Source: Candidatus Bathyarchaeota archaeon (lineage in GTDB: Archaea > Thermoproteota > Bathyarchaeia > Bathyarchaeales > Bathycorpusculaceae). Taken from it: a stretch of 64,000 bases of DNA. This document shows positions 45,503-54,445 of this stretch, piece by piece. The stretch is taken from positions 22,002 through 86,001 of the forward strand of contig CAVXDO010000004.1 of the NCBI GenBank assembly GCA_963760595.1, given 5' to 3'. The notes below the pieces were generated by a model. It was given only the letters and a program-made list of their open reading frames with translations, was not told the origin of the DNA and did not search any database. Numbering within the stretch: the stretch's first letter is position 1; each line of letters starts with the position of its first letter. Position numbers and translations under genes: made by a program.

Positions 45503-45690
45503 TAGCGCGCATGCGTGTTCCTAAAATGGTCAAAAATGGTTTTAATTCCGTTTTGCATGCTTCTGCCAGTACTCAAGAAGACAGTTACTCAAAGATATCA
45601 AGAACAGATGCGAAGCCCAAAACCTTCCTTAAATCATGAAAGGCGAATAAAAACCATTTTAGGCCAATTTCGGAACAAGCATGCGCGCTA
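45503..45690. mobile_element. MITE-like non-autonomous element: 184 bp with about 42-bp imperfect terminal inverted repeats, flanked by TA/TA
   Basis: Left end at 45505 is GCGCGCATGCGTGTTCCTAAAATGGTCAAAAATGGTTTTAA. The reverse complement of the right end at 45688 is GCGCGCATGCTTGTTCCGAAATTGGCCTAAAATGGTTTTTA. With the flanking A included, 36 of 42 positions match. TA lies immediately outside both ends (45503-45504 and 45689-45690). No ORF inside. Confidence 0.6.
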
Positions 45691-45706
45691 CCCTTCGGGC
45701 CCAACT

Positions 45707-47165
45707 TTAATCGATTTTACCAAAATCATTGGCTACGAGCATAAGATCAGCCATGTCGATCCTATCATCGTTGTCGAGATCTGCCTTGACGTTCCAATTA
45801 GGATCTCCCGGCTTGCTTCCGTAAGCTACTGCCACGATCGTGATGTCTTGTATGTTGACTGCTCCATCTTGGTTCAAGTCTGTTGACAGATAGGACTTGA
45901 CTTCTGCTGTCATGTTAGCGTAACCCGAAATCCCCCATTGGTTTGTTGCCTTGAGTTCAACGTAATGACTCCCAGAAGCGAGCACCGATGTCACAAAAGC
46001 AAAGCTCAACACAGCGTTCGTTTCCCGTTGGACGTAGGTGTCAGGCCACATCGTCAGCACCTTGAATGTATAGGGCACCGTAGTGGCATTTTGCCATTCT
46101 CCCGCGTCTATTCTGAATTGCACTGACTCGATTCTGTTAACGGTCACGTTCCTTCCGCCTTCCATGTTCGCCACGGTAGTCACCGTCGCCAATCCCGTCA
46201 CGTTAATCCTGTTTCCAGTTACTTCAGCCGAGTCGAAATAGATCAGTTGGGGCGTGTCCACGATGTCAGGGATGCCGTTTTCATTGCTGTCCCTCCACCC
46301 AACCTGCCCCCACGTGCCTCGGAGCCCATCCGGCCTGCCGGAGAGACACCAGATCCCCCCTCCATGAACATGTATCCATGAGACAACCCGAGTTATCGAT
46401 GTCAGGAACAAGGCTGTACCCACTGTATTCAGTAATATTGTTATACTCATCCGTCGCCCCGAACACGTGTCCGATTTCATGAGCGGCTATCCAATCTATA
46501 TCGTCGGTAGTTCCGGCATAGGGCGACGCACTTGGCGCCACAGAGGGCAAAACTACAGTCTTCGGTTCATATGACGAACCGATCCGATCCTGAAAGACGA
46601 AGGCGCTGTTGCCATCTGCGAAGCAGCCGCTCGGAGCATGGAAGGCGGCTACAACGAAAATAATGAACCCCCAGTCCGCCTGGTAGGTAGCTCGCAGATA
46701 ATTGACGTAATCTCCGAGTTGAAACGTGTCATTGCCGTAGCCTATATCAGCCATGACCTGATGTACCCACAAGTGGTGCATTCCAGAAGCATGGCTGATG
46801 GGCTCGTAACCAGTCGGCACTCCAAAGTGTGTTTCCACGACGAAACTCACGTCAGCACTCGGATTCTGAGAGCCCCACCAATCGAGGGCGTGCTGAATCT
46901 TCGCTGTCAAAACTTGTTCCATCGTCACGTTCCAATCTTCGGTGTCAGGATCGATCGTTCCGTTGCTCTCAACGAAAATCACGCCGACTGCAACCCTTCC
47001 AATCATGTACTCACTGGTCTCAAAATAGCCCGGTGTCGGGTCAATGACTTTAGGAAGACCTTGCGCTCCAGAGACGAAGAGCGCTCTAGGAACGAATAAT
47101 GCCGCCACCACCAAGACAGAAATCACTATGCCAACTGAAACGCGTAAGACCTCTTTTTTCAACAC
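45707..47165 (-). pseudogene. Secreted HExxH zinc metalloprotease with C-terminal dockerin-like module, split by a frameshift
   Basis: ORF 46281-47165 has a signal peptide and AAHEIGHVFGATDEY. ORF 45707-46480 has ...GGGIWCLSGRPDGLRGTWGQVGWRDSNENGIPDIVDTP... and TDLNQDGAVNIQDITIVAVAYGSKPGDPNWNVKADLDNDDRIDMADLMLV. The two overlap by 200 nt in different frames. Removing one G from the G6 run (plus strand C6 at 46355-46360) joins them as ...CSWRGIWCLSGRP... Confidence 0.75.
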
Positions 47166-47396
47166 TATCCCTCTTTAGCGGCTACGATTTAGCGCTCGCG
47201 CTTCACCACACATAGGGCAACGCGTCATTTATCTTTTCCTTGGTTTGTCCTGTGCTACCTTATGGATATAGAAACCTGTCGAATCATAGCTAGAGGATCG
47301 CTCTGTCAAAGTTTATAGGGCTATTCCAGGAGCTCAAGTCTGTTTTTCGTTTCGCAAGATTGAGCAAGGAGAACAACCTCTATGGGAGGAGTCCCA

Positions 47397-49460
47397 TTAT
47401 GTTTTTGTTTTTGTCTTCCATTTTCTTAATCCCAGAAAGGCTGCTGTTGCTGCGAAGACTATTGTTGTCGTTACGAAGGTAAGCATCAGTTTTGTCATCG
47501 TGTCAAGTTCATTCATCGTTGCCTGCTGATCCGCCTGCAGTCTGCTGTCAGATTGCTGCAGTGCGGTGTGAGAAGAATAAAGTGAGGCATATTCCCCCTG
47601 CAGAAGACTGTAGGTTGATTGCAGGTTGCTGTATTCCAGCAAGAGACTGTTGTAGCTGGAATTCAAGGAGTTGAAATCTGCAAGTACAGCCGTGTAGTTG
47701 TCATTCAACAACCCCCAATTCGTCAGAAGCTCACCGTAGGTCACGTTCAATGATGCATAGGCCGCATTAAGCATGGCATACGCCTCGCCTAGGGCTGTAT
47801 ACGTAGCATTCAAGGCAGTGTAATTCAACTCTAGCTGCTCGTCTTCAAAGAGGAGACCCTTGTAGGTCGAGGTCAAATCGGAGTAGGTGTGGTTCAAGGC
47901 GTCGAACTGCGTCTGGAGAATGCCGTGACTGTTCAGAAGTTCCTGATACGTTGAGTTCAAAGTGTCCAGCTCAACGAATAAATGGAGCGCCCAAGGGGCA
48001 AGCGGATCCATTAATGGATAATTGTCTGTGTTGTTTGTATCGATAATGTATGGTTCATCTCCTATTCCGTCGCTCCCTGCAACGTTCTGATCAGGACCGT
48101 GGTACAAGTCGGTGTCATTGTTATCACTCCAATAGTTGCCGCCAGAAGGATAACCATTGTCCCATACGTTTGAACAAGATGGGTCTTGATTGCACGCTTG
48201 GCTCGTGTTGTTGATGAACGAATTGTGATGAATCAAGTTAGCCGAAGAACCGAAAAGTTGAATGCCGAAAGTGTTATCACTTATTCTGTTGCCGATGACA
48301 GTGTTTCCGGAGCCCCACATGTACACGCCGCCTCCGGTGTTTTCAATGTTGTTGCAAAGAATCACGTTTTCACTCGATTCATTCCCTATTTCGATGCCAA
48401 GATTGCTGTCGTACACCCCGTTGCTCACGATCTTGTTTGCGTTTGAACGTTCCACCTTAATGGCCCCTCCGTGTCCTCTGCCCATGTTGGTGATGCTGTT
48501 TTCTGCAATGAAGTTCCCCGAAGAAGAATAAATGCTCCATATTGACGTCTCTATCCATATGCCCCACTCGTCACCATTATCATCAACGACGTTGCCATGG
48601 ACAAAATTGTCCGGGCAACTCTCCAGATGTATGCCGCCATGGTTTTTGACGATATAGTTACCTAACACCGAACAATCAGAACAGCCCGACATCTCAATGC
48701 CGAAATAACCGTTATCCGTGATGTTGTTGTTGACTATAACGTTACTGGAAGAAACAGCCAGATAGATCGGATAAGAGTTGTTGACAACTCGGTTTTCTGC
48801 CACCGTATTGTTGCACGATGCAGAGTACATCCAGACTCCCTCGGTGTTGTTTGCAATCTCGTTGTTTACAATCGTGTTGTGTGAAGAACTTCCTAACCAT
48901 ATGCCCCATTCGTTGTGAAGAATCCTGTTGCTGTCTATGAGATTTCCGCTAGAACGTTCTACTTGTATTCCTGTGCGACTATTGAGTATATCGTTCCCTT
49001 CGATGGTGTTGTATCTGCAGAGATCTCCTCCTGATAAGGAAACGGCACAAAGTCCGCTGCTCCAAATTATGTTGTTCTTCAACGTGACGTTGTAATAATA
49101 AATAGAGATAGAAGCTATTCCCTCTGTATATCCACGCACCGTGAAGTTGCTCAATAAGACATCACTCGCATAAACTTGAACGGAACCCTCAATTGCCGTA
49201 GCCTGCCTGTTTTCTCCAACGAGCGACACTGCCTTATCGATCGTCAGGGTCTCACGGTATGTCCCGTTATGCACAAAGACTGTGCCCCCTTCATTCGCGT
49301 TGTCCAGTGCTTCCTGTATCGTGTGATAATCTTCCGGAACACGTATAACATCTGCACCTGCGCCTACAGGAGGCTGCAACACAACTACAAACGTCGCACA
49401 CAACAAACACAAGATCACGAATGAAGTGAATCCAGTTCCACTCATGCTCGCACCCCACAA
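47397..49460 (-). CDS. Surface protein: signal peptide, NosD-like parallel beta-helix, Asn/Leu/Tyr-rich periodic stalk, C-terminal TM anchor
   Basis: FTSFVILCLLCATFVVVLQPPVGAGA, then beta-helix repeats and WDNGYPSGGNYW...DNYPLMDPL (paralogous to 24016-26079). Next comes an about 190-aa region of LNxTY-type repeats. The protein ends LMLTFVTTTIVFAATAAFLGLRKWKTKTKT. Confidence 0.8.
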   Translation of the reverse strand: MWGASMSGTGFTSFVILCLLCATFVVVLQPPVGAGADVIRVPEDYHTIQEALDNANEGGTVFVHNGTYRETLTIDKAVSLVGENRQATAIEGSVQVYASDVLLSNFTVRGYTEGIASISIYYYNVTLKNNIIWSSGLCAVSLSGGDLCRYNTIEGNDILNSRTGIQVERSSGNLIDSNRILHNEWGIWLGSSSHNTIVNNEIANNTEGVWMYSASCNNTVAENRVVNNSYPIYLAVSSSNVIVNNNITDNGYFGIEMSGCSDCSVLGNYIVKNHGGIHLESCPDNFVHGNVVDDNGDEWGIWIETSIWSIYSSSGNFIAENSITNMGRGHGGAIKVERSNANKIVSNGVYDSNLGIEIGNESSENVILCNNIENTGGGVYMWGSGNTVIGNRISDNTFGIQLFGSSANLIHHNSFINNTSQACNQDPSCSNVWDNGYPSGGNYWSDNNDTDLYHGPDQNVAGSDGIGDEPYIIDTNNTDNYPLMDPLAPWALHLFVELDTLNSTYQELLNSHGILQTQFDALNHTYSDLTSTYKGLLFEDEQLELNYTALNATYTALGEAYAMLNAAYASLNVTYGELLTNWGLLNDNYTAVLADFNSLNSSYNSLLLEYSNLQSTYSLLQGEYASLYSSHTALQQSDSRLQADQQATMNELDTMTKLMLTFVTTTIVFAATAAFLGLRKWKTKTKT

Positions 49461-49813
49461 GACATAGATCAGGCTCCCAGATATTTAGTATTCCTTCACT
49501 TTCCATCACAAACAGAGTGCCAATGTGTAAAGCTGGAATTCGCACCCGACCTAGAAATGGAGATATCTCCCACAGTCTCCTTTGCTCCACTAACACGCAT
49601 ACAACTCGGGAGTAATGCATATCTCCAAACGCTCTTGAATATCGGTCAACCACCGGCAAGCTATCAACAAGTCTCTGAAAAGGGCATTTTTAGTGTTGAC
49701 ATGTGGGAGCGGGCTACGAGCAAAGATAATCACCAGCCCGATCCCAAACAATGACGCACACGTCAATCGAACCACAGGTTGAAAACCGCTGAAAAAACGT
49801 AGGGGGGTCTATC

Positions 49814-49843
49814 AAATATAACAAGCCGAAACCCGTTATATTT
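49814..49843. repeat. Perfect 9-bp hairpin AAATATAAC / GTTATATTT with 12-nt loop AAGCCGAAACCC
   Basis: Read directly from the sequence. It lies in the 700-nt ORF-free spacer between mvhA and the beta-helix gene. Confidence 0.8.
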
Positions 49844-49906
49844 AACATACCTCGATGGCCCACACGCGATGCACAAACGGAACCTAGACCTAGGGGATAG
49901 GGGCAA

Positions 49907-49941
49907 TCAATTTTGTGACCTCACGAACCCCACAAAATTGA
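49907..49941. repeat. Perfect 11-bp hairpin TCAATTTTGTG / CACAAAATTGA with 13-nt loop ACCTCACGAACCC
   Basis: Read directly from the sequence. The loop ends CGAACCC, like the neighbouring hairpin loop (CGAAACCC). Confidence 0.8.
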
Positions 49942-50130
49942 CATAGCCTATGTTGGCCAGACGCGCCGTCAACATACTGCGAAGTCCGTTTTTCGGCAGA
50001 TTCTGTACACAGAAAAGCAGAGAATTCAATGTTGAGACGGTAACATACTGCATACTGACGCGTCCTCAATTGTGACGAGCCCAAAGTCCCAACAAGATCG
50101 ACATGGCCCGCGGGACTACTGCAAGTCAGC

Positions 50131-50153
50131 AGAAAAGAATGAAAAGAAAAAAG
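50131..50153 (-). terminator. Oligo-T tract downstream of mvhA
   Basis: Minus-strand reading directly after the TAA stop is ACCCTTTTTTCTTTTCATTCTTTTCT. Archaeal terminators are typically T-runs. Confidence 0.5.
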
Positions 50154-50156
50154 GGT

Positions 50157-51611
50157 TTACCGCTGCAGACTTTGTAATAATCGTTTTTCGCTGTCGTAGA
50201 TTCGCACGAGCAGAGGCATCTGTCCAACGGCAAAGTGCGTGGCGCATCCGAAACACGGGTCGTAAGCCCTGAAAGCCATCTCCACCATGTTCAACAAGCC
50301 CTGATTCACCTTGCCATCGTGAATCAAACCTTTCGCAGCGTCCCGAATCGACATGCAAATCGCAGGATAATTGTTCGTCGTCGCCACAATCAAGTTGACA
50401 TCCTTGATCAACGCGTCCTTGTCCAACACGTAATGGTGAAACAGTGTACCCCTCGCGGCCTCAACAACTCCCACGCCTTCAGTCGGCTCGCCCGGCTTGT
50501 TCCGCACGTTCGTACTCGTAATCTCAGCATCCCTGACAAGCTCAAGCGCCCGTTCAGTAGCGTACAGCAGCTCGATCAACCTCGCCCAATGGAAAGCCAA
50601 AGTGCCATGCACCGGCTTCCCGCCCAAAGTCTTGTACATCACTTCATACTCTTCCTGCGCCTGAGGCGTCGCCATGCCGCTCGAAGCATTGAGCCTCGCC
50701 AACGGACCAACACGGTAAACTCCGCTGTCCGCGCCGTAAACCATGCCCTTCCACCCGACCTCCTTCAAGAACGGAAACTTCGCGTAGGTCCACTCTTCCA
50801 CGTGCTCACCAACATGAGTCAAATAGTCCTTAGGCTCAAACTTCAAGAACTCCTTGCCGTTAGGGTCGACCACCCGTATCTTGCCGTCGTAGAAGTTGAC
50901 CTTGCCGTGCTCGTCAACCAAACCCATGTAATACGTCCTCATCGTGTAAGCGTCACTCTTGATCATGTCCACGTACTTACTGTTCCCCAAAACAATGTCA
51001 TGAAATATCTTCAAAGTCAGCTTCGCAAAATTCAACGACGACTCGGCCATCCTCTCGATTTCCAGCCTGTTCTCCTCACTCAACGGCTTAGAAATTCCAC
51101 CCGGCAACCCGCACACCGGATGCGTCGCCTTTCCACCGAGAATCTCCGTTATCTTCTGCCCATAAGCCCTGTGCTTGATGACCTCCTTAGCCACGTCCAT
51201 CCCCGCTTTTTCAATCACGCCCAGAATGTTCCTCTTCTCAGGCGGAGCATCCGGCCCAACGATGAAGTCCGGTCCACCCAAGTAATAGAAGTGCAGCGTA
51301 TGATCATAGATGATGTACCCAGCATACATCAGTTCCCTCAGCTTCTTAGCCGCAGAAGGCGGCTCAACGTTAAAAGCCGCATCCAAAGCCTTCACCGCCG
51401 CAAAATGATGAGCCACGGGGCACACTCCGCATATTCTAGTCGTCAAAATGGGCATAAGCTCAGCTCTCCTACCAACGCAGAACTGTTCGAAACCCCTAAG
51501 CTCAGGAATCTTCAGATAAGCGTTCTCCACCTCACCCGCATCATTCAAGAATATCGAAACGTTCCCGTGACCCTCAAGCCTCGTAATCGGATCTATCACC
51601 ACTTCCTTCAT
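50157..51611 (-). CDS. mvhA: [NiFe]-hydrogenase large subunit, F420-non-reducing (MvhA/VhuA type)
   Basis: N-terminal [18 protein letters not shown]. The C-terminal DPCFGCATH is followed by a 26-aa extension, the expected substrate of a maturation endopeptidase. Confidence 0.92.
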   Translation of the reverse strand: MKEVVIDPITRLEGHGNVSIFLNDAGEVENAYLKIPELRGFEQFCVGRRAELMPILTTRICGVCPVAHHFAAVKALDAAFNVEPPSAAKKLRELMYAGYIIYDHTLHFYYLGGPDFIVGPDAPPEKRNILGVIEKAGMDVAKEVIKHRAYGQKITEILGGKATHPVCGLPGGISKPLSEENRLEIERMAESSLNFAKLTLKIFHDIVLGNSKYVDMIKSDAYTMRTYYMGLVDEHGKVNFYDGKIRVVDPNGKEFLKFEPKDYLTHVGEHVEEWTYAKFPFLKEVGWKGMVYGADSGVYRVGPLARLNASSGMATPQAQEEYEVMYKTLGGKPVHGTLAFHWARLIELLYATERALELVRDAEITSTNVRNKPGEPTEGVGVVEAARGTLFHHYVLDKDALIKDVNLIVATTNNYPAICMSIRDAAKGLIHDGKVNQGLLNMVEMAFRAYDPCFGCATHFAVGQMPLLVRIYDSEKRLLQSLQR

Positions 51612-52591
51612 TTCTCCATCACCTTCCTCCTAAGAATCGACGCCGGCAACGAATACATGTAAAACGTTCCAATCGGATCTTTAATCTGGTTCATCAGCTT
51701 GTCCACGTCCTCCTGACTGTAATGCTCCTGCTCCCCTTCCAAGCCCAGTATAGAAGCCAAGGCACTCATCATGGCTGAACCCTGCTCCGGCGAATTAGGA
51801 CAAGGCCCACCGCACCCCGTGCACGGCATGTCAACCGTCAAACACTGAGCCCCACACCCACTACGAGTCGCCGGTCCCATGCAGATTATCCCCTGTTCAA
51901 GCAAACACTTCTCCGGCTCAGGAACCTTCTCATGAACACGGTAAATCTTCGATATTCTCTTGTTATCCTTCTTCCTCGGACACTCGTCACACACAGACTT
52001 CAACGGTGCAAGCACCGAACCTTTAGGCGGCAACGCGTTCTTCGCTATAGCGTCCACGGCGTTCAGTATCAATTTCACCGGAGGCGGACAACCAGGCAAA
52101 TAATAATCCACGTCAACGGTCTGATCCAAAGTCTTCACCGTGTCATAAAACTCCGGAAGCTTCAACGCGCCCTCCTTCACTTCAGACTTAGTCTTAGGAA
52201 CGACTCCCTTAGGATTTGAAATCGATTTGCTGTTCAGGTAGACCTTGCTGAAGATCTCCTTACGGTCATGAAGGTTTGCCAAGCCCGGTATGCACCCCTC
52301 TTGGGCGCACGAACCAAAAGCCACAAGCACCTTAGACTTTTTCCTCAAAAGCTTAGCCATATGCTCCTGTTCCTCGCTTCTAACGGACCCGTTGAAGAAG
52401 CAGATGTCCATGTACTTGTCAGGGAAGGCCTCAACGTCCTTGTACTTAACGTCCAAGGCGACAGGCCAGAACACGATGTCCGCCATCTGTACGACATCCA
52501 AGATTTTCTCGTTTATGTCCAACACTGCAATTTCGCATCCACCGCAACTCGCAGCCCAGTAGAAGCCTAATTTCAATTTTTCTTTAGGCAT
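51608..52591 (-). CDS. mvhG: [NiFe]-hydrogenase small subunit (MvhG type), no Tat signal
   Basis: GFYWAASCGGCEIAVLD, GSCAQEGCIPG, LPGCPP, and C-terminal Cys clusters CDECP, CMGPATRSGCGAQC, CTGCGGPC. Confidence 0.9.
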   Translation of the reverse strand: MPKEKLKLGFYWAASCGGCEIAVLDINEKILDVVQMADIVFWPVALDVKYKDVEAFPDKYMDICFFNGSVRSEEQEHMAKLLRKKSKVLVAFGSCAQEGCIPGLANLHDRKEIFSKVYLNSKSISNPKGVVPKTKSEVKEGALKLPEFYDTVKTLDQTVDVDYYLPGCPPPVKLILNAVDAIAKNALPPKGSVLAPLKSVCDECPRKKDNKRISKIYRVHEKVPEPEKCLLEQGIICMGPATRSGCGAQCLTVDMPCTGCGGPCPNSPEQGSAMMSALASILGLEGEQEHYSQEDVDKLMNQIKDPIGTFYMYSLPASILRRKVMEK

Positions 52592-53482
52592 CTATTTTCC
52601 ACCTTCACAGACTTTGTTCAATATCTTAGAAGCGTCAACGCGAAGCTCGTTAAAAGCCAGTTCCTCCGCGGGTATACCCATTGCCAAACCGAGCAACTGC
52701 GGATAATGCAGCACTGGGATGCCATATTGCTCGTTAAACATCTTTTCGATGCGCAGCTCGTTCGTGTCATACATTATGTGACAGAACGGGCAAATCGTAA
52801 CCAGAGCCTGCGCATCCACGACTTTGACGTGATTGAGCTTGTCCCTCGCAAGCTGTAACGCGATCTTGTCATTCACGCCCACGCTCGGAGCCCCGCAACA
52901 TTCTGTTTCATCCATGTAATCCAAGCAGATTGCTCCAGTTGCCTCGATAAGCGTTTTGAGGGTTTTCGGGTCTTCAGGATCGTCAAATCCGATATACTGT
53001 CGAGGTCTCAAAATGTGGCAACCGTTGTGCTCTGCGACCTTGATCATTGTAAGCGGTTTGACAACGGCGTCTTTGATCTTTTCTAGGCCAACATCCTCGA
53101 TCAACACTTGCATAAAATGCTTCGCGTTCACAGTCCCCTTGAACTCCAGTCCAGCTTCTTTCAGATGCTTGTTTATCTCTTGCCGTAAAACTTTGTCTTC
53201 CTTCAACATCTTGTTAACTTTCTTCAACGTTCCCGCACAGCCTGGACACAAGGTTATGATGTCAAGACCTTTCTGCTCCGCCATGGCGAGGTTTCTAGCT
53301 GCTAAGATGAGCATCGTCTCATGGCTCACAGGATCCAACGGAAGACCGCAACAGTTGAATTCAGGCATCTCAACAAGCTCAACGCCAAGTTTCCCGAGTA
53401 TCTTCCGAGCAGATATCTCGAAAGCAGCAACACGGTAGGGAATCGCACATCCGAGAAACATGAGATATTTGGACCCTGCCAT
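52592..53482 (-). CDS. hdrB: Heterodisulfide reductase subunit B (two CCG domains)
   Basis: YLMFLGCAIPYR, EFNCCGLP, LCPGCAGT, ETECCGAPS, CPFCHIM. Start taken at ATG 53482 (MAGSKY), just after the hdrC stop. Confidence 0.9.
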   Translation of the reverse strand: MAGSKYLMFLGCAIPYRVAAFEISARKILGKLGVELVEMPEFNCCGLPLDPVSHETMLILAARNLAMAEQKGLDIITLCPGCAGTLKKVNKMLKEDKVLRQEINKHLKEAGLEFKGTVNAKHFMQVLIEDVGLEKIKDAVVKPLTMIKVAEHNGCHILRPRQYIGFDDPEDPKTLKTLIEATGAICLDYMDETECCGAPSVGVNDKIALQLARDKLNHVKVVDAQALVTICPFCHIMYDTNELRIEKMFNEQYGIPVLHYPQLLGLAMGIPAEELAFNELRVDASKILNKVCEGGK

Positions 53483-53483
53483 C

Positions 53484-54008
53484 CTACTCACCCTTCTTCT
53501 CAAGGTGTTTAAGAAGATGCACTTCGCATAGCGTCTTCCTTATGCTTTCAGGGTTACCCCTCGGCAGTGGTGGAAGCCCTAAAGTCTCTCTCTTCTTCAC
53601 CCTTAATTCAGGGATCCTATAGGCATACCCCGACTCAAGTATGCTCGCGCACTCCTCTTTGAACACGCGGGGCATGTAACCTTGCTCCGCCGCCAAGTTT
53701 CTAAGCACGCGAATGACGTTGGCAACTTCAACATCCTGCGGGCAACGATCCGTGCACGTGAAGCATGATGCACAAAGCCACAGGGTGTCGCTTTTTAGCA
53801 CTCTGTCTCTGAGTCCAAGCTGTGTCATGCGGATTATTTGTCTCGGTCTGTACGTGTCGCTGAACCTTGCAATTGGACAGTCTGACGTGCACGTTCCACA
53901 TTGGAAACAGCGCATCAGTTTTTCTCCACCGTGCATCTTTGAAATCTCATACTTGAATTTAGGATCCATTTCTGATGCCTTTATCGGCTTTTCAGTAGTC
54001 TCAGCCAT
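53484..54008 (-). CDS. hdrC: Heterodisulfide reductase subunit C (2 x 4Fe-4S)
   Basis: CFQCGTCTSDCP and CASCFTCTDRCP. Confidence 0.9.
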   Translation of the reverse strand: MAETTEKPIKASEMDPKFKYEISKMHGGEKLMRCFQCGTCTSDCPIARFSDTYRPRQIIRMTQLGLRDRVLKSDTLWLCASCFTCTDRCPQDVEVANVIRVLRNLAAEQGYMPRVFKEECASILESGYAYRIPELRVKKRETLGLPPLPRGNPESIRKTLCEVHLLKHLEKKGE

Positions 54009-54445
54009 TAAGCTTCAACCTCCTTATTCTTCAGCGGATTCGGTCCGAGTTTCTTTATTTCTTCTACCATACTGCGCACAACAGCTGCGAACTTGTCTCC
54101 TTCACTTGCTGAAATCCATTCTAACCGCAAACGTTCGGGCTCTAATCCAAATTCTTTCAAAACTCTTTTTAGCAGATTTATTCTTCTGAAAGCTTTGAAG
54201 TTGCCGCTGATGTAATGACAGTCTGATGGCAAGTGACAGCCTGCCACGAGCACTCCGTCTGCGCCGTCTTTGAAAGCCTCAAAGACGAATGCAGGATCGA
54301 TTCTGCCGCTACACATTACACGTATGATTCTTATGTTGGGAGGATACTGTATCCTGCTTACCCCCGCTAAATCAGCACCTGCGTAGCTGCACCAGTTGCA
54401 CAGGAAACCGATTATTTTAGGTTCAAACCCGTCTTTTCCGCTCAT
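54008..54445 (-). CDS. mvhD: Methyl-viologen-reducing hydrogenase delta subunit (MvhD)
   Basis: [45 protein letters not shown]...[11 protein letters not shown]. Confidence 0.9.
   Translation of the reverse strand: MSGKDGFEPKIIGFLCNWCSYAGADLAGVSRIQYPPNIRIIRVMCSGRIDPAFVFEAFKDGADGVLVAGCHLPSDCHYISGNFKAFRRINLLKRVLKEFGLEPERLRLEWISASEGDKFAAVVRSMVEEIKKLGPNPLKNKEVEA

Noticed and set aside
50071-50100. CCCAAAGTCCC resembling the RNase P RNA CR-I core (GGAAAGUCC) in the 700-nt spacer.
   Set aside because: Only a 7-nt partial match. None of the other conserved RNase P regions or helices could be traced by eye around it.
50235-51662. 475-aa ORF on the plus strand, antisense to mvhA. Other long antisense ORFs include 22107-22883 (opposite aor), 13091-13606 (opposite the 12S gene), 8713-9132 (opposite mcmA) and 52956-53438 (opposite hdrB).
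   Set aside because: Each lies entirely inside a gene with strong family-specific motifs on the other strand. Their translations are Arg/His/Leu/Ser-rich with no recognisable motif. They are typical shadow ORFs.
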